A stretch of 64,000 nt of DNA from Tubulanus polymorphus. Taxonomy: Eukaryota > Animalia > Nemertea. Shown piece by piece: positions 61,969 to 64,000 of the stretch. How positions within the stretch are numbered: position 1 is the stretch's first letter; each line of letters opens with the position of its first letter. The stretch is taken from positions 12,173,947 to 12,237,946 of the forward strand of contig NC_134030.1 in NCBI RefSeq assembly GCF_964204645.1, read 5' to 3'. Made by a program: the position numbers and the translations under genes. A model generated the notes under the pieces. That model saw nothing but the letters and a program-made list of their open reading frames with translations, did not search any database and was not told where the DNA came from.

Positions 61969-62700
61969 TCACATGCATCCAGAAAACCGGTTATCGCTGC
62001 TTTGAAACTGTTGTTGTTTTGTTAGTTCTTGGAAGTCATGCACCTCCTGTGACATATCTACAAAAAGTTTATACCGTTCTTGTTCGTATTTCTTACATGA
62101 CATAATAAAGTGAAATTCATCTTCAACGCATGCTTCAGGTCTACAAAAGTTACATACGCGTTCCTCAACCCTTTTACCCCTAAACCGACCCAATTCTATT
62201 TCCAAACCCAGGACACCACACCTTAGCTGTGCTAATAAGCTTCTCTTCTTTCAATACACCTTAGTGCGTACTTCATATCAACTCATTGTAAATTATCTAT
62301 AAAATTAGTATTTAGACCGAGGCTTCGACATAAGTTACCAAAATCTCGGAACCAACCAATATTCAAATCACGTAATTGGAGAAATATACATTTAGTGAGT
62401 CTATCATCCGCCATAGCGATAAGTCTATTCCAAAGACAGAAAATTTCAAAATCACGCTTATACTTAGCTGGATACCATCCAAAGTCACCCTGCATTGCCG
62501 CAATGGGGGTTAATGACCTCACACCAAGAAAAAATCTAATGGCTCTAGTTTGCACCCTTTCTATCAGTTTATTATTCTTTAAACCCCTCACACCGGCTCC
62601 GTAACTAAGTTTAGGGTCCACAAATGATTCATATAGTTTAGTGAACGTTTTATAAGCGATATCATACTGTGATTTTAACTTATACATTAATTTCCCTTTT
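61969..62700 (-). pseudogene. Non-LTR retrotransposon ORF2 C-terminus (RTE-X-like)
   Basis: KLYESFVDPKLSYGAG...IERVQTRAIRFFLGV...WNRL, then LEIELGRF...CNFC...EDEFHFIMSC CCHC finger. Confidence 0.8.
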
Positions 62701-63265
62701 TCATGTAACAATGTACGACAACACCGATCTCTTAGCTCTTTAACAAGTAATCAGTTCAAGGTTCGATTAATTCTACTACAGAAATACAAAACCACCAAGC
62801 AAGCTTCCAGTACAACCATGTCAGCTAACCCATTTTTAGGCCAGCCGTAGGCTGAGCCTATTACTATACAAATGGAGCGAATTTAAATGACATGGTTTCC
62901 ACACAAAAGGCTTTTTTGCTTGCCAAGTGAGGGCATATTTGAACAAATCACGTATTTAAGCGTAATCCGTTCTCGGAATCGTAGCGAGCAGAATTTTGAA
63001 ATAGGGTCTCATAAAAATGTTTTCTGCATTTTTCACGAAAGTTAAATCGGGAAAATTTCAATTTTTATCAGCCAATCAGGAAGTTGTGTCTTCCCTGTGA
63101 TTGGTTTATCTGAAAATATCAGCAGCTGTTCACGTGAATTATCGCGATTTCATTACTGGCGCTTTTGCGCATGACGTCATGTATCAACACGCGACAATAC
63201 TTCCGCGTTCGCTACGTGTTCGCTGATTGGCCCATTTACTGGGAAATTCCACAGAAGCCTAATGT

Positions 63266-63358
63266 GGTTTGTTACAAGCGCTGTGATTGGCCCGACCCGA
63301 TTCTGGCATGGCTTTAGCTTAGTGGGTTCCAATCCCTTGACGGGTGAAGATGATGGAT
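63266..63358 (+). repeat. Uninterrupted, internally shorter relative of the tRNA-like repeat split at 15765-20250
   Basis: GGTTTGTTACAAGCGCTGTGATTGG..CGACCCGATTCTGG..GCTTTAGCTTAGTGGGTTCCAATCCC..GGTGAAGATG. Confidence 0.7.
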
Positions 63359-63658
63359 CCTATCAATATCTATTGAAACTAATAAGTTTCCCGGTTGGGC
63401 AGCCGCGGATATCTACCGGAAGTATTCGGGTTCGATATTTCGAGGTTTCTTTGAATTTTGGAGTGATATTGAAATCCAGTAAATACCGACGGTAGATTGT
63501 GAAAACCCATTGCATGATATTTGTATTACTTAATCAACGAAAAGCGTCGGGGCCGCGCCAGGAGTTTTCGTGATTCAAGTAGCACAATAGCCTACTTCTT
63601 CGTGTTCGTCCACCTCAATTTTCACTCCGCCGATCTCTGACACGGCTCTGTCCCCGTC

Positions 63659-63860
63659 GGCGCTGTGATTGCACTTTCGTATCACCGAAATTTTTTATTT
63701 CTTTATCAGGGAGGTCTGGAGAATAAAAAAGTCAAAATTTGGATATCACATAGGCCTGATTTCATTGAATAAGTCGACCATGGTCGTTACGTTTCCGTAC
63801 TTATTACCACCTAAAACCGTCTGAACAATTTTGTCACAACCAACATTTCGTTTACAGAAA
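63659..63860. mobile_element. Diverged partial relative of MITE I
   Basis: GGCGCTGTGATTGCACTTTCGTA...TTTTTTATTT...TATCAGGGAGGTCT matches 20365-20437. Confidence 0.6.
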
Positions 63861-64000
63861 TCAGGTGTTCACGTGAACCCGCGGTATCGTCTACTGTTTT
63901 ACTTCCGGGTTTTATTTCAAGATTTAAAATTGTATTTCAAGATCGATTTCTATGAAATCTTTAGTTGATTTGGTGTTTGGGAGGAATTTTTATTTGCTCT

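Overview
AT-rich eukaryotic DNA, probably from an invertebrate animal (inferred from the transposable-element spectrum and GT-AG introns). I find no intact host gene and no rRNA, real tRNA or CRISPR array; most short ORFs in the track are noise. The window is a densely nested transposon graveyard. Well-supported elements: (1) two full-length but frameshifted Ty3/Gypsy proviruses on the minus strand, 24109-28682 (142-bp LTRs, tRNA-Leu PBS, TAGTC target duplication) and 50626-57973 (PNMA-type gag, tRNA-Pro PBS, CTAA duplication, inserted in a piggyBac ORF); (2) a solo LTR at 47124-47532; (3) three piggyBac relics; (4) a Harbinger relic; (5) a DD82E (Sailor-type) Tc1/mariner relic; (6) LINE fragments (L2, RTE-X-like, L1/Tx1-like ORF1); (7) Helentron-associated (HINE-like) elements with internal tandem arrays; (8) at least ten non-autonomous TIR elements, most with readable target-site duplications (TSDs). 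The most unusual structure is at 15.7-23.3 kb. There a CACAGGGG-ended element contains a tRNA-like head that was hit by three different DNA transposons within about 25 bp, leaving a triplicated target site and two interleaved inverted-repeat pairs. Other oddities are antisense-interleaved Harbinger genes, a MITE carrying telomere-like and tRNA-like sequence, and a Gypsy provirus with discordant LTRs. All of this was read by eye; superfamily names for non-coding elements rest on end and TSD signatures only. I cannot show a new biological system, only candidates.
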